In this document: positions 1 to 13,505 of the stretch, in pieces
Position numbering within the stretch: the first letter of the stretch is position 1
Layout: every line of letters starts with the position of its first letter
DNA from: Saccostrea echinata
Taxonomy: Eukaryota
Assembly (NCBI RefSeq): GCF_033153115.1
Contig: NW_026889761.1
Coordinates: forward strand, 5,394,001-5,458,000
DNA: 64,000 bases
Direction of reading: 5' to 3'
The notes under the pieces: generated by a model
Told to the model about the DNA's origin: nothing
Database searches by the model: none
Seen by the model: the letters and a program-made list of their open reading frames with translations, nothing else
Translations under genes and position numbers: made by a program

Positions 1-273
1 AGAAAGGAAAAATTGGTATTGCAGAGAAAGACCGATATCTTATCCTAAAGAAACATTGATGCATATGCATAAATGATTAGATTAAAGTATCTTTGAATAC
101 TATAGTTTATAATTGTGGAAATATAGAGAAATTCAATGAGGAACTTATAGTACAAATACAATGCATGTATGAAATATGTGGATATATGTATATAGAACCT
201 TGGCAATATCGTTCGTCGAAATCAAAACTCGACACGTATAGAATAATGTATCTTAGTATGGTCTATTTGTGTA

Positions 274-3200
274 CTAAAAAGTCTTATCAGTTAAATCCTT
301 TTGCTCTTCGGCTGTGCTGTAAAGCAAGCAAAATAAATATATTTCAACTTGACGGTGTAAAAATATTCCTTATTTTCTTTCTTTTACATGCATTAAAAAA
401 AACCAAATATTTATTCAATTTTGTGTAGTATCATTGTAGTATCAAAGCTGGAAAAAGACATGTACACATATATCTATTTAACCATCAAGACATCAAGGCT
501 GTTGGTTCACGGCATGCAGTGTTCGACAGGGGATGCTTACTCCTCCATGTCACCTGATTCCACCTCTGAAGTTTTCAGGGGTCCCAGTTTGCTCTGCTCT
601 CAATTTGAACTGTTTATTTGAAATTTTAAACATACAGGTGAACTTAGATATCTCGAACACGGATATCTCGAATACCATGGATATGCCGAAGTGATTGAAA
701 GCTTCATGCCCGTTTTCTTTAAGTATTTTACCCTCAATATCTCGAACCCTCGGTCCATTCTGAACATCCGAATAAGAAAACCAAGTCAGTATTTTGGCGC
801 GCAGCAATCCGGGAATTTTGTAGAGACTGAGATGTGTGTCGCCACAGTTAGAAGCTCGCTTCACTGTTTCTTGTATACATATTTTTATTATGTGACATTA
901 CGTTACATAAGAACGCTATATATCGGTAACAGAGCGGGGATTCTCTATCTAGGATTTCGTAAACAGCTTAAATTATTCATTTCCATGAAAAAGGTATAAT
1001 AAACTTGTTCTTTATGGCAATTTTAATACTTTTGGTTCTATATCTGGTTAATACTATTTGTGAGAGGGATGCCCCCCTCACACCCAGGAAATCGTTCATT
1101 TTTGTTTTCTTAGTTCTTCCATACATGTATTTACAATGCGTACTATAATAATTCATTGAGTAAATGTTTTATTTAAAATCATATGTTCGTGGTATTAAAA
1201 ATAATTACAGGAGAGGGGGTTGGGTGGGGTCCCGTCCAACACCCAGCTGATTTAGTGTACAACAGTCTCCATTTAGGATATTCCTGAAAGTTGACTGAAT
1301 TCAAAGTGATCAATTTTCTCAAGATTTTGTATGATTTTTTTAATTGAAAAAAGTGGCGGAGCTTCGCCGAGATACTAGAAGACCACTGAGGATTGTAAAG
1401 GATGAGGTTTTTCTATATAGCTGTAACATGAGATGGGTTGGTAGGCTCACTGTGCAGTATATATATCCACCATCTGGTTATACTACAGATAATAAAGACT
1501 TAATGATAGGTTTTTATTTAAACCCCTAGGTTTGATTGATCAAATTTAAAGCTATATATGGCGTATCTGATAAAATTAAAAAAAATGAAAAATACTAGAC
1601 TGAGTGTAGATGAACATATTTGTGATTTACGTTCAATTTAAAATTTTCACCGATTTTGAACTTGAATAACCCCACGTTTCTATAGTTAAACTGACTTTAA
1701 ATTGTGTCTGATATTTAAATGCGGAGACCCTAAATAAATCGGTTATTGTTTTAAATTCTAATATCTATGAAAAGCGATTGATTTAAATTGTGTAATTTAC
1801 AGGAAAGTCCCATCTTTACATAAAGTAATAAAACAAATAGAAAGATCTTTTTTTATTTTAGTTTGTATGAACTTATCAAAAATACACCATTTATGACTTT
1901 ATTATCTCCTTTTCGGGATTATTTATGAGAGTAACGATTTTAACTTACGAGGACAATTCAAATTACAATATAATCATATTTGGTTTAAGATGTTAGATTG
2001 AGTTAGGTATAGTTATTTTCATATAGTTTTTTTTTTTTCTCTATAAAACTTGTACAATTTTGAAGAAAAAAAAATAGAATGCAAAATGACTTTGAAATAC
2101 AGACTTCTTGGGTTTCACTTTGCTTTCCTCTCAAAAATTAAAGAAAATGAAGCAATCTTAAAAGCTTAGATTTCTGGATCTGGAAGGCAGCGTCTTAAGA
2201 AAAAAAAAGTGTCTTTAAAATATATTCTTAAAAATTATCAAGGAAATGCGAATGGATATTTTTAAGGATTGAATTTTCTCAATTTACATCAGTTTTTTTT
2301 TTTTTTCATTTGATTAGCACTCCTCTAAATCCCAGTTACTAGTATTTGAATAAATGAAATATGAGTGAATTCAAAATTTAGAACTGCATTTAATTAAAAA
2401 AAAAATGCTCGTTTTTATTTATTTGTTTTTAAATATGAAATACTGAATTCTAAAAGATTACATGCCAGGCATCTTTTACTAGTAGAAGTACTAGCTGAGG
2501 TAAAACACTAGTGAATTTAAAAAAAAAAATACAAACCTTTATTACGGCTTCAGCGGTGAATTCTTCTGTCGTTTCCCTCCCTAAATGAAATTCCCCTGGA
2601 TAGGGACCGGCGACACATAGCGGGGGTATGACTGACCCTGCCACCACCCTCACCCTCGGCGGATTCACGGGCGCGTGGAAGGAGGACATGGTTTGACTAG
2701 AACTATTTACTGATTGATCCATTAATTGACTATAGTGATGTGTTTTATTCATAACTTTACCAATTTGCTAAATGAAATAGAAGAGTTAGTGTTTGGGGCT
2801 TTTATAGAAATTGACATCGAAGGGACAGTCCTGAGAAAACCGCACCAAGTAACAGCTGCTTCTGAGGCAGGCGAGTTCCTATGACAATTATTTGGTTTCT
2901 ATGACAATATCAAACTTTCTCCTTCAACGAGGAGCGCAGAAAGCCAAAGCAACGGCAGCGCATGCGCCTCGAGTCATTTATTACAATAAACCTAATTGAT
3001 ATTAAAATTCATTGGCATAAAACAGATCAATCTGTGATGAAGGGAGGTATTCTGAATAGTTTTGGTCAAACGTTTTGAGCGGCATTAAAATTGAACAGTT
3101 ACCATAACGTTGTGTCTGATTACGAACGACGATAATTTGGCGCCCTTTGGTTCAGGCACTCCACGACTGTGACACGGGATTAACCATCGCGTACAGATTT

Positions 3201-3754
3201 GATAAATCCCTATTATCCACTAATAACATTAAGAGTCAATATAATTTTGACATGTTAAATTATGGGCATTTAATTAAGATTAAATTGATATAAAATCCTT
3301 AAAAAATACTAACTCGTGTACATAGATATTTTGAAATTAACATACGCATGTAGCAATATAAGAACAAGCTATTTATAATTAGACTTAATAGATTTATTTG
3401 TCGAGGGATCGAAACATAAAAAAATAATTTTACATGAGGGACCATAAAAACTTTTCAATTTTTACAGAGTCTACATTTAATCAACTGGGTTTTTAATAAA
3501 ATTTGAAATGACTTTGTGTCTTCAATCCATGGAAATGACTTAAATAAATACCAGTCAGGATTTTTGCAGCAACAATTAAAACAGGAATATTCTTATATAC
3601 ATGAGGTTAACAGATCAACAACAGGGGGAACATACAAATGAAGGGCCCCCTCCTTCTGGGCTCGTGTGTCGGTGGGAACAAACCTGCTGATGTGCGTCGG
3701 TCCCTCCGTTTTACTTGACGACCGGGGGTACCATCCTTCTCTCATTTCAGCCAT
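274..3754 (-). CDS. Candidate small multi-exon gene of unknown function (75 aa from ATG 2689; 103 aa from ATG 3754)
   Basis: Phase-consistent GT/AG exons 3754-3684, 2702-2537, 1482-1451, 316-274. Short form: MSSFHAPVNPPRVRVVAGSVIPPLCVAGPYPGEFHLGRETTEEFTAEAVIK|YNQMVDIYTAH|TAEEQKDLTDKTF*. aaaccATG context at 2689; the two larger exons are GC-richer than their flanks. No recognised domain. Confidence 0.45.
520..605 (+). mobile_element. 3' end fragment of an abundant retroelement family
   Basis: gacaggggatgcttactcctcc...cacctgattccacctctga recurs in reverse orientation at ~43475-43520 (end of an RT fragment) and ~46250-46300. Confidence 0.6.
633..765. mobile_element. Tc1/mariner-like MITE terminus (partial)
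   Basis: TA|CAGGTGAACTTAGATATCTCGAAC with repeated atatctcgaa subterminal motifs; no matching right TIR found. Confidence 0.4.
2958..2969. promoter_or_regulatory. NRF1-like palindrome GCGCATGCGC, possible alternative promoter of the small minus-strand gene
   Basis: Sequence agcgcatgcgcc; lies upstream (minus strand) of a donor attg|gtaaag at ~2760. Confidence 0.35.
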
Positions 3755-4575
3755 GTTCGCTTTCGTTTTATATGTTGTACCATTACGCGACATTGTCCAA
3801 AACCCAGCTACTTGTCTGGAAGCCGTACTCTTTTGTGGACACACGCGATGTCGCGCGCCCGCCGCGTGCCGATATCGTCTGCCGAACGCTCGCCGGTTTC
3901 TCTTTTGGTCGTGTTCTGTATATCTTTTGATGTTATCTTTTCATTTTCAATTTGATTTCAATAACAATAAAGACCTGTTTAGCATTTAATGTTTTGCATG
4001 TTCAATTAATCAAAACCAACTGCACAGGAATTAAACATGTGTTTAAAGAAGGCATTTTCCCACATGTTTTCCTTTTTTTCTTAGATGACAGATATGTATT
4101 TAGTTACGAGTACTTAACAGTCAATGTGATCAAGTTGTGAAACAATTATATGTTTTGATGTCCTCCACTTGCAACAGTACGTACTATATGACATTTCAGG
4201 CTATATTCAGTGTATGGAAAGCCCACCTTTGAATGAAGTTTAAATTCAATTTTTTCTCAAGGTCATCTAAATGGTACGGGGTACAAAAACACACATTACT
4301 GTGAGAAGAACACTAATTAGAGGATGAAGGATTTGTGGAAAAAACGTCTAATGAGATGCTGATTAGTTGCTGAGCAAGGAAATAAAAAACATTTTAAAAT
4401 AAATTTTAAATAGATAAGAAATGTCTGCAGAATGTCTGCAGAAGCAAACGTGTTAAACTAATCCTTCCACAATTTATTTTTATTTGAAAATGAAATTTGG
4501 TGATGATGTTTATAGCAACAGATTTTATTTCTGAATAAAGAAAATTTGGCAGCACATTATGTACAATTATTTTTT

Positions 4576-4731
4576 NNNNNNNNNNNNNNNNNNNNNNNNN
4601 NNNNNNNNNNNNNNNNNNNNNNNNNNNNNNNNNNNNNNNNNNNNNNNNNNNNNNNNNNNNNNNNNNNNNNNNNNNNNNNNNNNNNNNNNNNNNNNNNNNN
4701 NNNNNNNNNNNNNNNNNNNNNNNNNNNNNNN
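4576..4731. other. Assembly gap
   Basis: Run of N. Confidence 1.
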
Positions 4732-5433
4732 TCTTGCAATAAAACTCAACGTCGATCGATTAAATCTTGGTTTGATGTTGATTTTCCTGAACACAAGCTG
4801 TACACTATGGGTATAAGAAATCCAATTTTATATTTGCCTTTCTGATCTTACTTTAATACATGACATCTACAAACGCCGGACAATCCAGAATTAATTAAGC
4901 TTATTGACCAAACAAATACAGTAGTTGGGTAATTCAGTGGTCAGCTTGATACATGCCTGACATTTTTATTTACAGGTTCGTTTACACATGAAGGATGTAT
5001 CGGCTTGAAGTTAACGTAAACAATGGCGGAGACATTGATTCTCCCTGCGGGTAAATAGGATTAGGTGACGAATGGTGACGAAGGGGCACCCGGCGTCCAC
5101 CAACGAACAGACAAAACTTTGTGTGGTCACAATGGACAATTGGTTTTACTGTCTAACGGATAGCGGCTGGTACACATCAAAGGACAACCTCAATGTTTTA
5201 CAGTTCAGATTCATTAAAGAAAATTCCACCATTCAGTCTCAGAAAAGATGTTCCACGTGAGAAAACTGAAGTCCTTGAATAGCAGTTTTTCCATGTCTGA
5301 TACATTCAGAATTAAACGTCGATAGATTTAAATGGAATAAAGAAAGGAAATGAGGATTTACAAGTTTAGAGTCTACTTCCGAAGAAGTTTTACTATGAAA
5401 AGTTTAAGAAATTACAATCTGTTTATTAGAAAG

Positions 5434-5666
5434 AATGGGGGCGTACAAGGTGAGGATAATCCCCCGCTCTGAGACAATATGTTTCATAATTAATAATTTT
5501 TCAAAGTTCGATCATGGAAAAAATTTATTTTTCAAAAATTATGTTGTCAGTAATGTCAGATGAAAGGGACAAAATTTTTGAAAAAAAAAAAAATTCTATG
5601 AATTTTTAGAATAGAAAAATATCTTTTCTCAGAGTAGGGGATTGCCTCCCCTTGTACACCTCCATT
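5434..5666. mobile_element. MITE with ~40-bp imperfect terminal inverted repeats
   Basis: aatgggggcgtacaagg...cccccgctctgaga pairs with tctcagagtagggg...ccttgtacacctccatt. Confidence 0.55.
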
Positions 5667-7376
5667 TTTATTGAAATATCATGTCGAAATTATTTTGATG
5701 AAATGTCACACCACATTTTTTTTTCTTACATTTATTATACATACAGTAATACTATTTCAGCAATGTATACAAGTCTATCACACATATAGATGAAGTTGTC
5801 CCATCATAGACATAGATGTCTCTGGTCACATGATCAAGAATTTATTGTGAAGTCATAATTGGTTACTGTATTAACACATTTCCCTGTGACGTTATGAATG
5901 GTCTGCATTTCAACTTCCACCTTTTTGTTTTGAAAAATAAAATGTTTTCGGGGATCAAGATTAAAGATGCACAATTTTTTCTTACAAATCAGTCAAAACT
6001 GCAAAAACAAGATTTCAAAATTTCTTTTGGGACATATGCTGAAGATACGGGTTGTTGAATGATAAAATCATCATGGAATTTGATCGTATGACAACCTGAA
6101 TTTATATACAATAAATAATACTTTAGATTGTTCTGTAAAAATTTCCAATTTTGAATATTTAGTATGTAATATTAGGGGAAAAAAAGATTTGTTATATCAT
6201 TCACAGGCCGTAGGAATCCGCGTTGGGGGTTGAGGGTTACATTACAATAGAGAACATAGCTAATTAACAGTCGTCCCCTCTCAATTACTCTCTCTCTATA
6301 TATATATATATTATATAAATGGAAAAACAAGCCTATTTACGGTTGTCCCCTCTTAAAGATAGCATCTGATCACCTTTATTTTTCTGCTTGTCAAAAATTT
6401 CTATTAAGCTGCCCCCCCCCCCCATTAAAAAAAAGTAAATTGATTCCTAAGTGCCCGACTCCAAAGAAGTAAAACATACACTGCGACACCCCAGTCTAAG
6501 TAGTACAAGTGTATATAATTATATGCATCGGAAGCAATTGAAAGTGTGTGTTGTGTGTGTGTGTGTGGGGGGGGGGGGGGTGAAGGGGGGGCTAAACCAA
6601 CAAAAAAGGTCAGCCCCAATTTTCAATGCCTTTATTACGTCCATCTTTGCAAAAATGGGGGGGGGGCTAAGTCCCCCCCCCCCCCCCGGTTCTGAACATA
6701 TTTTCAATCTGAATGATTTCCATTTGGATTTGCCTGAAAGCGACGGTGAAATCTATTCTTTAATAAAACTCACAAACATCACTATATATTTTAAATCTTT
6801 AATTTTGAAACAACAGAAAGAATTGTAAATATTCTTCTATTAATGGATTCATAGAAAACCTTTTTTTCATTAATGGCAAAACTTAGCTAAATATCATATA
6901 TAAATTTGTTTACTCAAGAAAACATGTTTAACAAAACAAATCATAAATAGAAGATACACAGCAGGCAACAAACTGTGTGAAAAATAACAATCTCCTTCAA
7001 GTTAATCTTCACCCCAGGAAAAAAAAAAATCCAAAAGCATTATTTAGAAATCCTTTCCACACAGCTGTTTCTGTTGAGCAGTTCTATTTAGCCAAATTAA
7101 TAACTAGTATACTTCAATATATACATTTTGATCACAGACAATATGAACTGGAGCAACCATTATTTCAAAGATAAACAATGAGATGTATTTTGAGGACACT
7201 GTCCATTTCAATTTTTTAAGTAAAAATCTGCTGTCAATAATATCATTTCTCTCCTTGTGCTTAGCACACAGTGTCTAATTTGGTAAAGTTTGTGTAGTGG
7301 ATCCCTTCCAGTAATTATTTTATTTTGGTGGTCCTGATTGCTGAGATAATGACTGCTCCTCCTGAAGATCCACATT

Positions 7377-10300
7377 CTACTCGTCCCCACCCCCAGTTTC
7401 CTCCCCGCCCTCTGTGTTTCCTGATGGCTCCTCTTTCTTCTCCGGTTCTTGAGTTTCCTCCTTCTTTTCACCCTGCAATCAACAAACAATTATCATAGGT
7501 AAATCCAAATTTATGGTGGTGAAACTAGACATTGTATGTACAATCTATCACAACCTTAACTATTATTAGATCATAATTGAAAAAATATAAAATTATTATT
7601 CAATGCCATCACTACACTGAGCAGGCTGCATCTGAAGACTGTATTTTATTAAAGCATTTCACTCAACTTTGTCACAGAACTAAATCTAGGAATTCAAATT
7701 TTGTCATGGGTTGAAAACTTTACTGTCAAAGAACAAAATCTTAAATGTCAAAGTGTTAGACATTGTCAGGAGGCTGAAAATTTTGTTACAGAGCTTAGAA
7801 CTTTGTCAAGAAAGCTTAAATCTTTGTTATCAAGCCAAAAGTCTCTCTCAAGTTTGAGAACAGTTAATTTTCTTCCAAATCTTTTGAACACTTTTTCTGA
7901 AACATCACATGGTTGTCATTGCTTGAAGTTGAAAGGAATGGGAAGACAAGACACACTTCTCATCACTGTGTTATTTCAGTCACTGTTTATGTGCTCATAA
8001 TAAACGTAATTAATTTGTTTATATAAATGTTGAACCCTATGTTTATATTGCCTTGTTTTCTTTTGACCTTGCTTGCGATTCACTGCAGTTTCCGTTTTTT
8101 GTCATATTGGAATTAAAATACGAGAATGATAATGATGACTTACGAATAATTTAAATATTTCATTTGTAGTGGAGTGTGGCATTCTTAATTACACACCTCA
8201 TTTCCTCTCCACGATTTCTCAGCAGAAGTAATATTGTGCAATATATTAAATAACAGATCACAAATAATAACTATAAATTATGATCCAATTTCAAATTAAA
8301 AATGAAATGATATTAATTTTTAATTGTTGGAGACATCAGGAGTGAGAATTGTACACTGACACACACAATGGAGATGAACACCGGCTATTGGATGGTTGAT
8401 CATTTATTCCATGTTTGTATTATTTTTTCAATAGTACTGCTCCCCTTTGAGAGGTGCTCGGCTGGGTGTGGCCCCATCAGGTAATATTAATCACAGAGTT
8501 GTCACCTGAGATCGGTATCAGCCCTGACACAATATGTGAAGTCATTTGTATCATAATGAATTTCTCTTTGGACACACCTCCTTGACTTTTATTGACAGGA
8601 GTCCTGCTATCCTCCATTAGAGAGGTAAATCCCCCTCTAAAGGTATCAATGTCTAATCTTTGTCTCCGGTAGAGTGAACACCACCAATGACCCGAAAACA
8701 GGCACAGAAGAAAGTCAGAACAAAGTCATTAAAGCACTGCTGAAATCATCTCTCAATTCAACCATGCAGAAAAACAGTCACCTGCTTCAGAAGGCTTATT
8801 TAGCAGAGAAGGAAGCTAGACGTGTGCAGCTCTGTGTGAGATACACTGAGTGAGTGAGGAATCGTGGGAAGGCTACATCTGGCTACCCAGTGGATTCGTC
8901 ACCCCAGACATTGAACATGATGCATCACCTAATCCATGTCTTTATACCCTGCTATGTCATTTAGTTCCTTGAAACCATCTCCCATACTTCACCCAGCAGT
9001 TCTCATTTCAGAAGGGGACAATTTATTTCTCATTGTTTCTAATCAATCATTTGGTTATCATTGCCACCATAAGATGCTAATCTTTTTGCTTTATGTATGA
9101 ATTGAGTCACCTGTTTTCTCTCACCAGAGAAGGATTTTTATTAATTCTTAATTTTATCAGTAATGTAGATAGTCATTTTTATAAGTTAACAATTAATAGT
9201 AAAGTTGTCCTCAAATTATTTATCATATACATGTAATAATTTCCTTTCTTGTAAATTTCAATTAATAAGGGTAATGGATTCCTAAAACTAACTATGTATG
9301 TACCTGTAATACCATGTATAATTCTATATAGTGCTGTTTTGCTGTATTAATTATTTTTATGAATCCAGATATTAACTTACATTGGAAATATGATTATGTA
9401 GACACTCCATTTAAGCCTCTTTCAAATAAAGAAAACTTTTCCATTGTATGAATTTAGAAATGACATCATAACTTACTAACCTAAATACTGGGCTAGACTA
9501 GACATAAAAGAGTAGTATGATTTGATATATTTTTTCATATTATTTAAATCTCTACAACAAATTTTAAGGGCTTATAATAGCATTTTCAACACAAGACTTA
9601 AGTTTTGTATGACACACCTAAGATTGTCCTAAGAATCACTTGGACAACCTACCTCTTCCTTTCATATACAGGTACTAAACTGGACAAAAGCCCAGAGAAA
9701 TCAAATCTAGCAATATTTAGTAGAAAAAATGCACATCTAGAGAGGTAGCAATATAATTCTGAATAGATTAATACTGAGTCAATGAATTCCATGGCCATGA
9801 GCTTTATGAAAGAATTTCTTAAAAAATAATAATGTACATGTAACATTGGACACAAGTGTCTTAATAGGGTTGGATACCGGTACTCGATACCAATACCGTA
9901 CCGAATAGTTACTTAAAAAATAACGGTAAAACACCGTTTCATTTAATACTGGTACTAATAACAGTACTTCTTAATTTTTAAAACATTTAAATACATTCAA
10001 TTTGATTTAAAAAAAAAAAAAAAAAAAGATTCCAAACTTGCAATCAAATTCTACGCTCATTGAAAGGGTAGGCTAATTACATGTAACGAAATGGATTCTT
10101 AGAATGATACTTACTTTCGACTGCCGATATTCGAGGTAAATCAATAAGTATATTTAAAAAAAAAAAAAATTAGAATACATTCACATGACTCTTATTTTAA
10201 TTTTACAAATAAAAACTGATAATAAATGTAAATTAAAATGGCAAAATGTTGCAAAAAATGTGATCTATCCATTATCTAATGTTTCGTCATTTGGTGCGAC

Positions 10301-13269
10301 CAAACAAAAGGGGTCTTGGCAACCGGGTGAAGCAGTCAGCTGATTTATGCAAATTAATTTGCTTGAGATTCAATTGGTTTGTTTTGTTGATCATTATTAA
10401 AAGGTTGAAATGAAATGTTTGTAATTTGAATATTAGGAATATCTATTGTTATCTCTCAATTAAAAGCATGGAACATAGTTTATAAGCTCACAGGGGTCTA
10501 GAATTTTTTTTTAAATTCACTTGCCCACGGGCAAGTAATGACTGGGAATCCACTTGCCCAGATTCAAAATTCACTTGCCCCCAAAAGATAGAGAAAATCA
10601 TCTAGTTTTACTAATTTTTTTTTTGAAAACATATCAGAAAATCATTTAATTTTACTGGTTTATTTATTTGAAAACATATAAATAATTAACCTAAAACAGA
10701 ACTCGAAAACAAAAATTTAGAAAAATATAAACAACTCTATTTTGTTATTTTTTTATTGTGTGGTTTTAATGTATACGCCATCTAAAAGCAATTATTATGT
10801 ACTTGTTTATTATTTTGTTAAAATATCTATTGATTTAATCACATTTTGACAAAACATTGTTTTCAAAACATCATTTCTGTTTCAAAAGCCATTCCGTAAT
10901 TTTGAGATCTTTCCGGATTGGTTCCGATATTATACAAGTAATTGGACTTCCTATGATAAGTATTGGAGATTAAATAAACGAAATATAGCAGACTTGTGCA
11001 GATTCTAATACAATGTAATTGGATGTTTATTGTTATTGATTTCTTTTAATAAACTCAAAAAGTTTTGCTGGCTCAGCCTGAAATTTATTACTTTCCCGTT
11101 TGGGTAAGTTTATCATGAAGAAAACTATCTTTCCCGAGATGAATTTCACTTGCCCCGGGCAACGGGAAAGCGTAATTCTAGACCCCTGGCTCATTTTAGA
11201 TTATATCATTGAAAGGTTAGTGAATGGTGAAAACACATTTGTTATAAAATGAACCCTCATTCTCATTCATCAATGCATAGTACCGTATCGTTAAAAATAC
11301 CGTATCGTTTCAAAAATACCGGTATGGTATCGTACCGTTTCATCCTTAACGGTATCCAACCCTAACTGTGTCTAGCTATATAAGTGATTATTTTACCTCT
11401 GATGTTGTGGCTGCGGCTGGTGCCTGTGATGGTACAGCATTATTGGAGCTATCAGCAGGTTTACCGTCACTAGTAGCCCCACCCCCGGGCTTTGTATTCT
11501 TGTTGTAGGAGTCTATTCTCTGATTCATTACATCCCTGATTAGTCCATCCAGCACCAATCGACCTAACTGAGATTTCTGTAACTGTACTTGTACCTGGTC
11601 TATCAACCAAGGCATGAAACCCTGTTCAATATCTGAAATAAAAAAAATAATTGTTGAAGATTCTGAATTAAAAAAATTATTCTAATGATGAATAAAAGTA
11701 AGGTGGCAATTAAGGAGATTAAACTAAAACAACTGTGACTAATGTTTAGTCAGAGAGCTTTATCATTCATGGTTAAAATAATAGAACAAAGTGTATTTGT
11801 GAAAACATTTTTTTTGACTTATTTTACCTCTTTCCACAGGATCGTAGAAATAGCCATTGTCTGATAATGTGCCAAACACTGTAGGAACAAGATCTGCGAG
11901 GTAACTTTGAGCGAACGCTCTGGCAGCGATTTTATCTGAGGTCTCTTTCTCTTTTTTCACTATTTCTCGTTGTTGTTTCATTCTCCTCTCCTTTTAAATA
12001 GAGAAAAAAAAACCAGAGTAAAAGGGAGGTAACTCAAACAAAAGTTTTAGTAATAAAATGCAAAATACATATATATCATAAAAAGACTAACAAAACCAAC
12101 TTAACCATAAATACTAAGTATTTATTGGAGGTTATTTAAAACATGACAAATACAGACAACAGAAGTATATTTTGTGTGACATATAAACATTCTGTCTCAC
12201 CTTCTCTTCCCGATGCCTCCTCTCCTGTTCCTCCAATCGCTGTTGTTCGACAAGCTCTGCATTCCTCAGCTCCTCGAAGGCACGCTGTTGTGATCGGAGA
12301 TTGGCTAGCTCCTCCTCTTCCATCACCTCCAGTAAGGCCTGCTCTACTGTCTTACCAACCAACACTTCTAGAATAGGTTTCACCTCAATATCGAAATCGA
12401 AAAGCTGCAAAAATAAAACATTATAACATATAACTTTTTTAAAAAATGCTGAAAAACTTTAGAAATAGAATTTAGACAGAAATTGTTCTACTTCAAATGC
12501 ACAGTTGTATTGGCTTTTACAATGAGATTGTTTGATTCTTACATCTCCCTCCAAGATCTGTGTGGTTATATCCACGCCTGTTTTGGCTGGAACATACATT
12601 GGTGAGGGGGGTCTATCTAAGAAAGCATCAGTCTGAACTTCAACATCAGCCTCTTCCACACGATCACTGAGTTCTTCTAAATATAGCTCTGTTTGTACAT
12701 CAATGTGTTTACGTCCCTCTACAGGATCAGGTGAGCGAGGGCGAAGCTGTTCCTTAGCCCTTTTTCTTGCTATTGCACGACGACGATTTTCCTGTTGTCT
12801 TTGTATTTCAATAGGATCTGGTTGTGCATGCTGGAATTAAAAGTACAAACAGTTCTAATACTCTAGTCTTGTAAAATAAATAGCTGTATTTCTAAATGCA
12901 TTTGGAAAAATGATGCATTTGATTGAAAGGTAACTTTTCTTACTGCTGGAAGAGTGTGCTGGGCATATGTATTTCCTCGCACAATACGCCTGTCATACAT
13001 AATATTTCCATATTGTGGGGGACCTTGGTTTCTGCAAAGCACAACAAAATGAATAAATATTGCAAAAATTGTCTAAACAAACCATAGTATAAAGTATTTT
13101 ACTTAATGATTGGGTGTGTGTTTTGTTAGAATACAAAAGAATACAAAACATTTTAGACTCACTGTTCAATCGGATTGGCATCTCTGTACTTTTTCCTCTG
13201 TTGAACTGCACGAGGCTGACTCGCAAACGTATACGTGCCCTGAGGCTTTTGGGGAAGTATCGTCGTCAT
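7377..13269 (-). CDS. RSPH3: Radial spoke head protein 3 homolog, 7 coding exons, 393 aa
   Basis: Exons 13269-13163, 13031-12944, 12830-12543, 12404-12201, 11990-11828, 11632-11397, 7472-7377; all GT/AG with matching phases. RSP3 motifs YGNIMYDRRIVRGNTYA, GRKHIDVQTELYLEEL, QTDAFLDRPPSP, GDLFDFDIEVKPILEVLVGKTVEQALLEVMEEEEL. 5'UTR intron 13273-13439. Confidence 0.95.
9865..11364. mobile_element. Non-autonomous hAT-like element in the last RSPH3 intron
   Basis: TIR TAGGGTTGGATACCG ... CGGTATCCAACCCTA with subterminal (a)taccg repeats; no clean TSD seen. Confidence 0.75.
10491..11188. mobile_element. Nested MITE with 5-bp TSD (hAT5-like)
   Basis: Perfect 15-bp TIR CAGGGGTCTAGAATT/AATTCTAGACCCCTG, GCTCA on both sides, cacttgccc subterminal repeats. 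Confidence 0.85.
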
Positions 13270-13476
13270 CGTCTTTTTATGCAAAACACAACAAATTTTA
13301 TAGCTTTTTTAGAACTTACACAGTTTTCACGGTTTCTTAACCAGAATAAAAGTACATAAGGAGTTTAATGTTAACATTAAATATCAAGAAATAACTATAT
13401 CCAAAAACTATGCCATGAAATTAAACAGAGAGCCGTTACCTTTTCAGTATATTTGACGGTTCCTAACCTCCCTCCA

Positions 13477-13505
13477 AATATTTACGAGTCACGTTGCCAG
13501 GATAC
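13477..13505. promoter_or_regulatory. RFX X-box plus forkhead-like site at the RSPH3 promoter
   Basis: GTTGCCAGGATAC (13493-13505) fits the X-box consensus; GTAAATA on the minus strand at ~13479-13485; both lie just upstream of the first donor (13439) of a motile-cilia gene. Confidence 0.65.

Noticed and set aside
4546-4845. ORFs spanning N runs (also 15726-15953)
   Set aside because: Artefacts of assembly gaps.
4975-5260. Possible first exon (aacaATGGCG) or 62-aa ORF
   Set aside because: No recognisable product and no compatible downstream exon found.
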